From Candidatus Eiseniibacteriota bacterium (lineage in GTDB: Bacteria > Eisenbacteria > RBG-16-71-46), in the NCBI GenBank assembly GCA_963717505.1, contig OY970342.1, forward strand, positions 2,080,001-2,144,000: DNA of 64,000 nt, written 5' to 3'. The translations under genes were made by a program, and so were the position numbers. Position 1 is the first letter of the stretch; the number at the start of each line of letters is the position of its first letter. Positions 10,907 to 20,992 of this stretch are shown one piece after another. The notes under the pieces are model-generated. The model was given only the letters and a program-made list of their open reading frames with translations, was not told the origin of the DNA and made no database searches.

Positions 10907-11778
10907 CCCAGGTGCTGTCGGCGCCGACGCCGGCGCGGCCGCCGCTCGCGGTGCGCATCCGCACTGCCGGCTGGCTCGGCTGGCAGATCGAGTCCAACTG
11001 GGCCGATCCCCTGACCTTCAGCGTCTACACGCTGCTGCGTCCGGTGGGCACGGCGTTGATCCTGGCCGGCATCTACTGGGCGGCCGGCGGTGCCGCGTCC
11101 AAGCCCGAGCTGTTCGCCGCGTTCTACCTGGGAAACGCGTTCCACGAGTACGTCACGCGCGTGCTGCTCGGCATGGGCTGGGTGATCGTCGAGGAGCGAG
11201 AGGAGTACGAGACCCTGCGCATCCTGTGCGCCTCGCCGGTCGGCATGCTCGCCTACCTCACCGGGCGCGCCAGTGTGAAGTACGCACTCGCAACCGTGAG
11301 TGTCGTGATCGTGCTCGCGATCGGCTGGCTGTTCCTGGGCCTGCGCTGGGACTGGGCGCAGATCCAGTGGGCGTGGCTCGCGCTGTCCATGGTGATCGGG
11401 CTCGCCTCGGTCTTGTTCCTCGGCTTTCTGGTGGCCGGCTGGGCGTTGCTGCTGCCGCGGATCGCCATCAGCGTCAACGAAGGGATCGGGGTCGCGCTCT
11501 ATCTCTTGTGCGGCGTGATCTTTCCGATCGACCTGATGCCACGCGCGCTGCAGATCCCGTCGCTGATGCTGCCGTTCACCTATTGGTACGAGACGATTCG
11601 CCGCTTCGTACTGGGCCACGGGGCCAGCGCGTATCTCTCGGAGTGGAGCGACGCGCGCCTGGTGGGGACGCTGGCGGCGACCGCGGCGGCGTTCGCGGTG
11701 GTGTCGGTGGTCGGCTACCGGGCGCTCGAGCGCTCGGCGCGCCGCAGCGGCCGGCTGGACCAGACCACGCTGTTTTAG
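10897..11778 (+). CDS. ABC-2 type permease
   Basis: About 6 TM helices, EERE..TL....SP, CGVIFP....P, PFTYWYE; overlaps previous permease. Confidence 0.88.
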   Translation: MAVTQVLSAPTPARPPLAVRIRTAGWLGWQIESNWADPLTFSVYTLLRPVGTALILAGIYWAAGGAASKPELFAAFYLGNAFHEYVTRVLLGMGWVIVEEREEYETLRILCASPVGMLAYLTGRASVKYALATVSVVIVLAIGWLFLGLRWDWAQIQWAWLALSMVIGLASVLFLGFLVAGWALLLPRIAISVNEGIGVALYLLCGVIFPIDLMPRALQIPSLMLPFTYWYETIRRFVLGHGASAYLSEWSDARLVGTLAATAAAFAVVSVVGYRALERSARRSGRLDQTTLF

Positions 11779-11834
11779 CCGTACGGGCAACCCCGTGCGA
11801 GAGACACGTCTGCGAATTCCCCTACAAGAGCGGG

Positions 11835-11863
11835 TTGACTCGCGGGAACCCCCGGGACAGAAT
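11835..11863 (+). promoter_or_regulatory. Putative sigma70 promoter of the CM-DAHPS/cmoA/methyltransferase operon
   Basis: TTGACT 11835-11840, 17 bp, CAGAAT 11858-11863; preceded by hairpin CGTACGGG-CAAC-CCCGTGCG at about 11780-11799. Confidence 0.55.
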
Positions 11864-11927
11864 CGCCGCAGAAGCTCTTCCGGCGGCCTCGGCGGCCCAC
11901 CTGGCGGGTGCGCTGCGCACCGTCGGC

Positions 11928-13097
11928 ATGGTTCGAACCCTATCTCCAACGGCGAATGTGACTGAATCTAAGGGTGCCCCGGTATCGCTGAGCGCGCTCC
12001 GGAACGAGATCGACGATCTCAACGAGCGGATCCTCGAACTGTTGCAGTCGCGCGGCGAAATCGTGATGCGCATCGCCGAGACCAAACGCATCCACGACCT
12101 GGCCGCGTACGACCCCCGCCGCGAAGCCGAGATGTTGAACCACCTGATGCACCGGATGACCGGCGCATTCGGCCCCGATGAGATCAGGGAAGTGTTCCAG
12201 GCGATCTTCCGGGCTTCGCTCGACATCCAGGACCGCGAACGGCGCCGGGGCCTGCGCGTGTTGTCCAAAGGCATCGTCCCGCCGGGAGGGATTCGAGTCG
12301 GCAACGTCTCGGTCGGCGGTGGTGTTCCCGTGCTGTTCGCCGGGCCTTGCTCGGTCGAGACGGCGGAACAAATGGACGCCATCGCTTCGTTCCTCGCGGG
12401 GCTGCCGGTGCAGAAGATCCTGCGCGCCGGGGCATACAAGCCGCGCACCAACCCGTATTCCTTCCAGGGGCTGCGCGAGGAGGGGCTGCACATCCTGCGC
12501 GCGGCCGGCGACCGCTACGGCCTGCCAGTCGTGACCGAAGTGCTCGACACCTCGACCTTGGATGCCGTGGCGGCGTCGGCCGACATGGTGCAGATCGGCG
12601 CCCGCAACATGTACAACACCGAGCTGCTCAAGGCCGTCGGCAAGCTCGAGAAGCCGGTGCTGCTCAAGCGCGGCTTCATGGCCACGATCGAGGAGCTGCT
12701 GCTCTCGGCCGAGTACATCGTGGCCGCCGGCAACCCGGCGGTCGTCCTGTGCGAGCGCGGCATTCGCACGTTCGAGAATCAGACGCGCTTCACGCTCGAC
12801 ATTTCTGCGATACCGTTGCTCAAGCAGGAAACGGCCCTGCCGGTGATCGTGGACGTGAGCCACGCCCTGGGCCGGCGCGACATCCTGCTGCCGTGCGCCC
12901 GGGCCGCGATGGCCGCGGGGGCCGACGGCCTGATGATCGAAGCCCACGTGCAACCCGACCAGGCGCTGTCCGATGGATTCCAGCAGGTCCGCCTCGAGGA
13001 CCTCGCCGCGATCGTCGAGGGCCTAGGCTGGGAAACCGTGCCGCCGGCCTCGAGCCGAGCCGCCCGGAACGCAACCGAAACCGCCATGGTGAGGTGA
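11928..13097 (+). CDS. Bifunctional chorismate mutase (AroQ) / type Ibeta DAHP synthase
   Basis: N-terminal LRNEIDDLNERILELLQSR...K...YDPRRE; AGPCSVE, RAGAYKPRTNPYSFQGL, QIGARNM, LKRG, LCERGIRTFE, DVSH, EAH..P..ALSDG; start could be 11928 or 11958. Confidence 0.93.
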   Translation: MVRTLSPTANVTESKGAPVSLSALRNEIDDLNERILELLQSRGEIVMRIAETKRIHDLAAYDPRREAEMLNHLMHRMTGAFGPDEIREVFQAIFRASLDIQDRERRRGLRVLSKGIVPPGGIRVGNVSVGGGVPVLFAGPCSVETAEQMDAIASFLAGLPVQKILRAGAYKPRTNPYSFQGLREEGLHILRAAGDRYGLPVVTEVLDTSTLDAVAASADMVQIGARNMYNTELLKAVGKLEKPVLLKRGFMATIEELLLSAEYIVAAGNPAVVLCERGIRTFENQTRFTLDISAIPLLKQETALPVIVDVSHALGRRDILLPCARAAMAAGADGLMIEAHVQPDQALSDGFQQVRLEDLAAIVEGLGWETVPPASSRAARNATETAMVR

Positions 13098-13101
13098 CCT
13101 C

Positions 13102-13888
13102 ATGCCCAAGACCGTCGGTGACGACCGACCCTCGATCACGACCACGCCCGAGACGGCCGATCGTGATCGCCTGTTCTCCGAACAACGCCGGCGCGTCGAT
13201 GACTTCGACTTCGGCGCCAAGACGGCCAACGTGTTCGACGACATGCTCGACCGCTCGGTGCCGTTCTATCAGGAAATCCAGAGGATGGTTGCCGAGCTGG
13301 CGGTCGACTTCGCCGAGGACGGCACGTCGATCTACGACCTGGGCTGCTCGACCGGAACCAGCTTCGTCCAGATCGCCGCGGGGCTGCCGGCAGGCGTCCG
13401 CGTGAAGTTCGTCGGCCTCGATTCCTCCAAGGAAATGCTCGAGAAGGCCGAGCGCAAGTTGAAGGACCATGCGTTCGGCCATGACTACGAGCTGCGCCAC
13501 ACCGACCTGAATGCCGGCGTGTCGATCGAGAACGCGTCCGTGGTATTGCTCGTGCTCACCCTGCAATTCGTGCGGCCGCTCCAGCGCGAGCGGATCATTC
13601 GCAGTGTGTACGAGGGGCTCACCGAGAACGGCTGTCTCATCCTGGTCGAGAAAGTCCTGGGTGAGAGCTCCGACTTCAACCGATTGTTCATCAACCACTA
13701 TTACGAGATTGAAGCGGCGCAACGGGTACAGCGATCTCGAGATCGCCCAGAAGCGCGAAGCGCTCGAAAACGTGCTGGTGCCCTACCGGCTCGAAGAAAA
13801 CAAGGAACTCTTGCAACGGCGCGGATTCCAGAACGTCGACGTGTTCTTCAAGTGGTACAACTTCTGCGCGATCATCGCGAAGAAATGA
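13102..13888 (+). CDS. cmoA: Carboxy-S-adenosylmethionine synthase, apparent +1 frameshift at about 13708
   Basis: FDF....[32 protein letters not shown]; after frameshift [22 protein letters not shown] (catalytic Arg motif) and FFKWYNF. Confidence 0.9.
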
Positions 13889-14688
13889 AGACCACGTCGG
13901 GCACCCACGCCACGGGAGTTGAGCCCGGCGGTACCGCGGTTCCCGAGGCGACAACCCGCCGGTCGCTGCTGGTCAGCATCGGTCATGTGCTGTTCCACTA
14001 CCGGAACGCACTGTTCCCGGTGACGTTCCTGCTGCTGGCACTGGCCTCACGCCCGATGCTGTTGGGTGGCGACCTGCGGACGGACGCGATCCTGGACGTC
14101 GTGGGGATCGCGATCGCACTGGCCGGGCAGGGGCTGCGCGCGGCGGTCATCGGACTCGCCTACATCCGGCGCGGCGGCAAGGAAGGCCGCATCCACGCCG
14201 ACACGTTGGTGACCGAGGGCTTCTTCGCCCACTCGCGGAACCCGCTCTACCTCGGCAACATGCTCGTCTACCTCGGCCTGTTCCTGGTGCTCAACTCGGT
14301 TCTCGGCTACGCGGTGGGCGTGCCCTTCTTCCTCTTCGCGTACATCTGCATCACGCGTGCGGAGGAGGACTACCTGCGCAGCAACTTCGGAGCGACCTAC
14401 GAGGAGTACTTCCGCCGCGTCCCGCGTTTCCTGCCGAAGCTCGAGGGTCTGGGCGCCACGACGCGCGGCATGCGTTTCGACTGGAAGCGACTCCTGCGCA
14501 AGGAATACGGCTCGACCTTCTCCTGGATGACGACCATGCTCGCGCTGCTCTACTGGGAGCGGGTGCGCAACCAGGGTGTCGCGGCTTCGCAGGGCGCCCT
14601 CGGGGCGGTGCTGGTGGCCTGGGCCGTGTTGTTCGCCGGCTATCTCGTCGTGCGGTATCTCAAGAAGTCGAAGGCCCTCCAGGACTGA
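13885..14688 (+). CDS. ICMT/PEMT-family integral membrane methyltransferase (LmtA-like)
   Basis: [23 protein letters not shown]...FG..YEEY...[16 protein letters not shown]; ATG overlaps cmoA stop (ATGA). Confidence 0.88.
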   Translation: MKTTSGTHATGVEPGGTAVPEATTRRSLLVSIGHVLFHYRNALFPVTFLLLALASRPMLLGGDLRTDAILDVVGIAIALAGQGLRAAVIGLAYIRRGGKEGRIHADTLVTEGFFAHSRNPLYLGNMLVYLGLFLVLNSVLGYAVGVPFFLFAYICITRAEEDYLRSNFGATYEEYFRRVPRFLPKLEGLGATTRGMRFDWKRLLRKEYGSTFSWMTTMLALLYWERVRNQGVAASQGALGAVLVAWAVLFAGYLVVRYLKKSKALQD

Positions 14689-14698
14689 CGGCGCGGTC

Positions 14699-17320
14699 CT
14701 ACTTCTTACCCAGACTCCCATTCAGGTACTCGGCCACGGCTTTGCTCTCGCGCGTCCGCAGCGCGACGCAGTCCTGGACCTCATCGGTCATCCGCGCCAT
14801 TTCCTTCTCGGTGCCGGCGGCGCGCCGTCTCGGATCGTCGAAGAAGGCGGTGGCGGCCTCGAGGCGCTTGGCGGAGCAGCCGGCGGCGAACCACGGCAGA
14901 TAGACGGTGAACTGCGCTGGCATGCGCTGGGTGATGGTTTCATAGTTCACCGTGAACCACTGATAGACCTCGTCTTGGAGCTCCGGCGATTCGGCCATCA
15001 CCCGCGGGATGGTCAGCAGCTCCTGCGGGCGCATCGGGCCCGAGAGCGAGTAGGCGAGCGCCTTGGGTGACAAGGTCTCGCTGCGGAACCAGCCAAGCGA
15101 CTCGAGGAAGCGACGCCGCTCGTTCGGCGTCTTGCTCTTCTCGAATCGCAATTTGTAGGTGTCGAACAGCGCGCGGTCGCCGCGCAGGGCGGCGAGGTGC
15201 AGATAGGTGTCGGCCAGCGTCGGCTGGACCGCCGAAGGGTTCTCGAGGTAGGTGGTCGCCTGCGAGCGTGCGCGGGCGAGGATCTTGGGGTCGCGGCCGA
15301 GGTTCCCCAGCCGCTCGACCAGGCGCGGACGCAGCTCGGTCGCGGTTTCGGGCTCGCCGTCCCACGGCTCGGGCCCGATGCGGTCGAGCGCCGGCCCCAG
15401 CGTCTCGCGCACGAAACGGGCGAAGGGCTCGGCCAGGGGCTCGGTGACGAACGTCAGGTGCGCGCGATCGACGCCGTCCGCGACCGCGCGGAGCACGCGG
15501 GGCTCGGGGTCGCGGCAGAATCCCTTGAGGATTCTCAGATATCGATCGCCGGTCACGCGACCGGACTGGAGCAGCGCCGAGAGGTTGTAGAGGAAGCCAA
15601 TCCGCTCGCGTGGGGTCAATAGCTCGCCCGACCGATCGGCGAGCAGCTGCAGCATGCCGTCGGGAAGGCTCCAGCGGTAGTACCCGCGCGCCTCAGCACT
15701 CGGCAACACCCACGCCGCCTTCGAGCCCCCCGGGAGCGACACGGTCTTGGACGCTTCGTCGAGCAGGACCGTGTGCGTTCGGGTTCCGCCCTCGGCGGGA
15801 TAACGCAGCGTCACCGGGATGCTCCACCGTTGCCGGCCGGGTGCGGCGGCCCCGGTGCTCAGGAACCGTTGCTGGGTCAGCGTCACCTTGCCGCCGGGCT
15901 CGAGGGCCAGCGACACCAGCGGCATTCCCGGCTGGTCGAGGAACGTGGCCATAGATGCGCCGACGTCGGGCCCGTCGGCTGCCGACAGCGCCTGCCATAG
16001 ATCGTCGGCCTCGGCGTTGCCCCAGGTGTGGGCGTCGATGTACCGACGCACGCCCGCCCGGAATTCCTCCTCGCCGAGCCACTGCTCGAACATCCCGAGC
16101 ACCGCTTGGCCCTTGTTGTAGGCGAGATCGTCGGCGATCTGCAGGAGATTCTCCGCCGAGCTGACCGTCTGGCGGATCGGGCGGGTCGACAGGCGGCTGT
16201 CGGTGGTCATCGCCCCGTTGGCGCCGGTCAGGTTCGCGAGGTCGGTCTGATAGTCGGGGAAGACGCGTTCCGAGACCTTGTCGCCCATCCACGAGGCGAA
16301 CGACTCGTTGAGCCACAAGTCGTCCCACCATTTCATGGTCACCAGGTCGCCGAACCACATGTGCGCCAGCTCGTGCGCCATGACTTCGACCAAAGACCGG
16401 CGCTGGGAGGGGGTCGCGGTGGCTGGGTCGAGCAACAACATGCGATCCACGAACGTGATCGCTCCCGGGTTTTCCATCGCGCCGTACCAGAACTCGGGCA
16501 CGCCAATGATGTCGAGCTTCTCGAAGGGATAGGGGCGACCGAAGTAGTCCTCGAGAGCGCGCAGGATCGGCGGCGTGACGCGCGCCGCCTCGGATGCGAG
16601 GCGCTTCTGCCCGGCCACGGTGACGATCCGCCCCGGAACCGCGAGCCCCGGAATCTCGACGGTTTCGAACGGACCGGTCGCCATCGCCACCAGGTAAGAC
16701 GGCATCGGCGGGCTCTGCCGGAACACGACCGTCTTCGACGTTTCGAAGGTGGTGATCTTGTCGGGCGGCGTGTTGGCGATCGCCATATGCTCCTTGGGGA
16801 CGATCAAGGTCAGCTGCCAGGGAATCTTGAACTCGGGCTCGTCCCAGCACGGGAAGGCTTCGCGGGCGTCGTCCGACTCGAACTGCGTGAACGAGTACCA
16901 CTGGCCGCCGTTCTGCAGGCGATAGAGGCTGGTGGCCTTGGTGTCGAACTCGTTGGTGAAATCGATGGCCAGCGTGTACTCGCCGGGCTCGAGCGCCGGC
17001 GCGGTGCGGACCGTGACTACTCCGTTCTGCTCGGGCCCGGGCGTGACCTCATAGGTGCTCTCGCCGGCGGTCAGCCGGAAGGCATTGAGGGTCAGCCCCT
17101 CCGAGTGGAAACGAAACAGGTCGGTCTGCCGATCGACGCGAAGTTCGATCCGCACCGACCCGCGGTAGCTCGGTTGACGCGCATCGAGTGCCAATCGGAC
17201 CGCCTGGGACGTGGGCACCACGTCGCGATCGAGCCGGCCACCGGCCGCGTGTGCCAGCGTGGCGCCAACACTCGCCAGACTGGCGACGACGATCAGGCCG
17301 AAGGCGGCGGGGCGGATCAT
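14699..17320 (-). CDS. M1 family aminopeptidase with ERAP1-like C-terminal domain, secreted
   Basis: TQFE...AR.AFPCWDEP, GAMEN, HELAH-X18-E (WLNES), YNKG; signal peptide after ATG 17320. Confidence 0.95.
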   Translation of the reverse strand: MIRPAAFGLIVVASLASVGATLAHAAGGRLDRDVVPTSQAVRLALDARQPSYRGSVRIELRVDRQTDLFRFHSEGLTLNAFRLTAGESTYEVTPGPEQNGVVTVRTAPALEPGEYTLAIDFTNEFDTKATSLYRLQNGGQWYSFTQFESDDAREAFPCWDEPEFKIPWQLTLIVPKEHMAIANTPPDKITTFETSKTVVFRQSPPMPSYLVAMATGPFETVEIPGLAVPGRIVTVAGQKRLASEAARVTPPILRALEDYFGRPYPFEKLDIIGVPEFWYGAMENPGAITFVDRMLLLDPATATPSQRRSLVEVMAHELAHMWFGDLVTMKWWDDLWLNESFASWMGDKVSERVFPDYQTDLANLTGANGAMTTDSRLSTRPIRQTVSSAENLLQIADDLAYNKGQAVLGMFEQWLGEEEFRAGVRRYIDAHTWGNAEADDLWQALSAADGPDVGASMATFLDQPGMPLVSLALEPGGKVTLTQQRFLSTGAAAPGRQRWSIPVTLRYPAEGGTRTHTVLLDEASKTVSLPGGSKAAWVLPSAEARGYYRWSLPDGMLQLLADRSGELLTPRERIGFLYNLSALLQSGRVTGDRYLRILKGFCRDPEPRVLRAVADGVDRAHLTFVTEPLAEPFARFVRETLGPALDRIGPEPWDGEPETATELRPRLVERLGNLGRDPKILARARSQATTYLENPSAVQPTLADTYLHLAALRGDRALFDTYKLRFEKSKTPNERRRFLESLGWFRSETLSPKALAYSLSGPMRPQELLTIPRVMAESPELQDEVYQWFTVNYETITQRMPAQFTVYLPWFAAGCSAKRLEAATAFFDDPRRRAAGTEKEMARMTDEVQDCVALRTRESKAVAEYLNGSLGKK

Positions 17321-17440
17321 TCGGGATGGCTCCAAGGTTGGGAAGGTTTTCGACACGGCGAAGGCGGAATTGAAGCACTCGTGGGCTCGACGGACAATGG
17401 CGGGGCGCGCGCGGGGCGCGCGCCGGGGCGCCCGGGGCTG

Positions 17441-17469
17441 TTGCGCGGCCCGAAATGCATGGCTATAGT
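17441..17469 (+). promoter_or_regulatory. Sigma70 promoter of tRNA cluster
   Basis: TTGCGC 17441-17446, 17 bp, TATAGT 17464-17469, GC-rich discriminator, 31 nt before first tRNA. Confidence 0.7.
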
Positions 17470-17500
17470 CCGTCGGCCCGGGCCCACTCGGCGGTCTTGT

Positions 17501-17586
17501 GGAGGGATGGCCGAGTGGTTTAAGGCGCCGGTCTTGAAAACCGGAGAGCGAAAGCTCCGTGGGTTCGAATCCTACTCCCTCCGCCA
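17501..17586 (+). tRNA. tRNA-Ser(UGA)
   Basis: GGAGGGA acceptor, CCGGT-CTTGAAA-ACCGG anticodon arm, long variable arm, GGTTCGAATCC, encoded CCA. Confidence 0.97.
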
Positions 17587-17599
17587 GTTTCGATCATTT

Positions 17600-17692
17600 G
17601 GAGAGGTGGCCGAGTTGGCTGAAGGCAGCCGCCTGCTAAGCGGTTGACCGGGTAAAACCGGTCCGGAGGTTCGAATCCTCTCCTCTCCGCCA
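17600..17692 (+). tRNA. tRNA-Ser(GCU)
   Basis: GGAGAGG acceptor, GCCGC-CTGCTAA-GCGGT anticodon arm, long variable arm, GGTTCGAATCC, CCA. Confidence 0.97.
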
Positions 17693-17744
17693 GCCTCGAC
17701 GTGCCGGTTCCCGGCGCGGGCCGCGGAAGGTATTCGCACGAGGC

Positions 17745-17821
<77 letters not shown>

Positions 17822-17898
17822 TTCTCTCCACCCAGCTCGATCGAGCGAGCAAAGGACCCCTCGAAGACTGCGAACGCGGTGCGGATCCGACCCGATTC

Positions 17899-18726
17899 CT
17901 AGCTGAGTCGGATGCCCGGGCCCAGGACGACCACGAAGAAGGTCAGGACGACGGCTCCCGCGGCGATCCAGGCCCAACTCCTCTCGATCGCCAGGGGATC
18001 GGCCGGCGTCCCCACGGAAGGTTTGCGCGGAATGCCGAAGTACCAGGCGAGCAGCGACGTGCCTCCGAGCCCCGCGGCGACCGCGGAGATCAGGACGACC
18101 TGCCAGCCGTAGGGGTTGAGAGTCCCCGCGACCACCATCGTCGCGCTGCCAGCCAAGTAGGGCAACAGGCAGAGTCTGCGGGCGCGCGCCGAACGAATTA
18201 CCGGGTCCGTCCCGAGGAACGGGTCCAGCGGCGGCCCGAGGAGCCGCGGCGCGACGATGAAGTAGAGGAGCCCGCCCACGAGCGCCATGCCGCCACGAAG
18301 CAGCCAGGGCGAGCCGAGTCCTTCCACCACCCGCGCCCAATCGCCGATTCCGCCGATCCCGGAATAGAGCAGATAGCCGAACGCGGTCAGAAGGTTCACC
18401 GCAGCGAACAGCCAGAGGAAGTATCGCGACGTCGAGGGCAGTCGGCCGCGGCCTAGGGTCCAAACGATCGGCAGGCCGACCAGCACGTTCGCGATGCTGC
18501 CCCCCGCCGAGATCCACTTTCGCTGGAGGATCGTGGCCGCCGCGGCGTCGTACTCGAAGAAGATCGCGTTGAGCATGGTCGGGCGAGCTCCGACCAGGAG
18601 GCAGGTCCCTCCGTGCCCGATCCCTTCGTGGACGATGTTCGCCAAAGTGTAGGCGAGTACCGAGATCGCCAGCACGGTAGGCACGTCGACGCGGGCCGAT
18701 CGTGCGTTGGTGAGCATGTTCGGCAC
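17899..18726 (-). CDS. Polytopic membrane protein, M50-like metalloprotease motif
   Basis: About 7 TM helices; NIVHEGIGH, ISAGGSIAN, GIGDW. Confidence 0.65.
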   Translation of the reverse strand: MPNMLTNARSARVDVPTVLAISVLAYTLANIVHEGIGHGGTCLLVGARPTMLNAIFFEYDAAAATILQRKWISAGGSIANVLVGLPIVWTLGRGRLPSTSRYFLWLFAAVNLLTAFGYLLYSGIGGIGDWARVVEGLGSPWLLRGGMALVGGLLYFIVAPRLLGPPLDPFLGTDPVIRSARARRLCLLPYLAGSATMVVAGTLNPYGWQVVLISAVAAGLGGTSLLAWYFGIPRKPSVGTPADPLAIERSWAWIAAGAVVLTFFVVVLGPGIRLS

Positions 18727-19070
18727 GTTACCGGAAGGTCGCGGGTTCCCCTATTTCGTGGGGGCACGCCCGGCCCCGAGTGGCCACTGGCGGCGTTACC
18801 GGTAGATCCGGAAACCGAGGGGCCTGTCCGACCTTCGAAGCCCATGCGGATTGCATGTCGCGGGGCAGACTGCACGTCCTCGCCCTGGCAAAGGCCACAC
18901 AGTTCTGTCTCCCACGCCAGTGATCCTGTAGAATCACTCCATTCGCCGGGATCAAACATCACAACGAGTCGGGCCACTCAGAAGTTCCCGCACTTCGGGA
19001 GGCTGAACGGGGTTACCACCCATTCGCCACGCAGATGCCGCATCTGCCCTCCAGCGGGAAATCGCCTGCC

Positions 19071-20978
19071 ATGAATCACGAGGCCTTGACGGCCGAATCG
19101 TTCCTTAGAATGCCTGCGCCCCTGACGACCAACGGTATGCCCGCTGGAGTGCGTTGCGTGTTCGAGGAGATCCAGGAGCAGGCCGCCCGCACCCCGGACG
19201 TCACGGCTATCGTGACCGAAGGCGGGCGGATGACTTACCGCGAGCTGAACCAACGCGCGAACCAGCTGGCGCATCGGCTGCGCCGGCTCGGCGTCGGGCC
19301 GGACGTGCTGGTCGCCACGTTCGTGAAGCGCACGCCGGACATGATCGTGGCGCTCCTCGGCATCTGGAAGGCCGGCGGCGTCTACGTGCCGCTCGATCCC
19401 GATTACCCGAAAGCCCGGCTCCAGCTCCTGCTGGACGACGCGCAAGTCTCGGTGCTCGTGACCCACGCCAGCTTGATGGACCGCCTGCCGGACTCGATCC
19501 CCGAGGTCGTGCGCCTCGACGAGTCCGTCCTCGAAGACGAGGATCGCTCCGACCTCGAGTCGATCGTGACCGAGGACCATGCGGCCTACGTGCTCTACAC
19601 CTCGGGCTCGACCGGAGTCCCCAAGGGGGTCGTGGTCGAGCACGGAGCGATCGCGACCCATTGCGCCGCGATTCGCGACCGCTACGAGATCACCGCCGAG
19701 GACTGTGCCCTGCTGTTCCACTCGGTGACCTTCGATCCTTCGCTCGAAGAGATCCTGCCGCTGCTCATGTGCGGCGGGCGGGTCGCGATTCGTGGCGACG
19801 AAGTCTGGCTTCCGGAGGATTGTCACCGGCGCCTGGCCGATCTGGGCGTGACCATCCTGTTGCTGACCCCGGTCTACTGGCTGCATGTGATCCGTGACTG
19901 GAACGATCGACCCAATCACGATCCTGGACCGCAGCTCCGGCTGGTGGTCATCGGCGGCGACTTCATGCCGATCGAGTGTGTGCGGTTGTGGTCTTCGTGG
20001 CGACGCGACTCGGTGCGCCTGATCAACGCGTACGGTCCGACCGAAGCGACGGTCACCGCGACCACCTACGACATCTCGGCGAACCTGCCCGCCGCACTGA
20101 CGTCCGAGCGCTTGCCGATCGGCCAGCCGCTCGCCGGTCGCCGCGTGCACATCCTCGACGCGGCCCGAAATCCGGTGCCGGTGGGAGTGCCCGGTGAGCT
20201 GCACATCGGCGGCTATGGGGTCGCACGCGGCTACCTCAATCGGCCCGAGCTGACCGCAGAGAAGTTCGTGCCCGACCCGGAGGGCGGCGAGTCGGGAGCC
20301 CGGATGTACCGCACCGGCGACGTCGCGCGATGGCGTCCGGACGGGCAGATCGAAATGCTCGGCCGCGTCGATCATCAGGTCAAGATCCGCGGCTTTCGTG
20401 TCGAACTGGGAGAAGTCGAGGCCGCTCTGGCGCGGCAACCGGGCGTCGACAGCGCCGCCGTGATTGCGAACGGCGCCTCGGCCGACGACCGCCGGCTCGT
20501 GGGCTACGTGGTCCTGCGGCCGGGTGAGAACGGGTCCTTGGCGGATCTGCGTGCGGCACTCGCTCGCGAGCTGGCGGAACACATGGTGCCGGCGCGCCTG
20601 GTTCGGCTCGAGCACATGCCGACCCTCGCGAACGGCAAGATCGACCGCGCCGCACTGCCCGAGCCCGACCGCTCGCGGCCCGAGGAGTTCGATTCCTACG
20701 TGGCGCCGCGAACCCCCTTCGAGGAGATCGTGGCCGCGACCATGACCGAAGTGCTCGCGATCGATCGGGTCGGAGTCCACGACGATTTCTTTCAACTGGG
20801 GGGCCACTCCCTTCTGGCGACCCAGGTCATTTCCCGTCTTCGTGAAGCGTTCGGCGCCGAACTGCCGCTGCGCACCATCTTCGAGCATCCGACGGTCGAG
20901 GGGCTGAGCCTTGCGATCCTGAACCTGTTGGCCTCGCAGGACGCGGGTGCGGCTTTCGACCACGGATTGGCCGAGTAA
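19071..20978 (+). CDS. NRPS loading module (A-T)
   Basis: TYRELNQRAN, YTSGSTGVPKG, NAYGPTE, GELHIGG, YRTGD, GRVDHQVKIRGFRVELGEVE, NGKIDR; PCP FFQLGGHSL; start could be 19035. Confidence 0.95.
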   Translation: MNHEALTAESFLRMPAPLTTNGMPAGVRCVFEEIQEQAARTPDVTAIVTEGGRMTYRELNQRANQLAHRLRRLGVGPDVLVATFVKRTPDMIVALLGIWKAGGVYVPLDPDYPKARLQLLLDDAQVSVLVTHASLMDRLPDSIPEVVRLDESVLEDEDRSDLESIVTEDHAAYVLYTSGSTGVPKGVVVEHGAIATHCAAIRDRYEITAEDCALLFHSVTFDPSLEEILPLLMCGGRVAIRGDEVWLPEDCHRRLADLGVTILLLTPVYWLHVIRDWNDRPNHDPGPQLRLVVIGGDFMPIECVRLWSSWRRDSVRLINAYGPTEATVTATTYDISANLPAALTSERLPIGQPLAGRRVHILDAARNPVPVGVPGELHIGGYGVARGYLNRPELTAEKFVPDPEGGESGARMYRTGDVARWRPDGQIEMLGRVDHQVKIRGFRVELGEVEAALARQPGVDSAAVIANGASADDRRLVGYVVLRPGENGSLADLRAALARELAEHMVPARLVRLEHMPTLANGKIDRAALPEPDRSRPEEFDSYVAPRTPFEEIVAATMTEVLAIDRVGVHDDFFQLGGHSLLATQVISRLREAFGAELPLRTIFEHPTVEGLSLAILNLLASQDAGAAFDHGLAE

Positions 20979-20992
20979 GGCAATAGGATCCT

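Noticed and set aside
13102-14688. 528-aa ORF appearing to be a CmoA-ICMT fusion
   Set aside because: One extra base at about 13708 shifts the frame; the real CmoA C-terminus is in the 13511-13888 frame and the ICMT gene has its own ATG at 13885.
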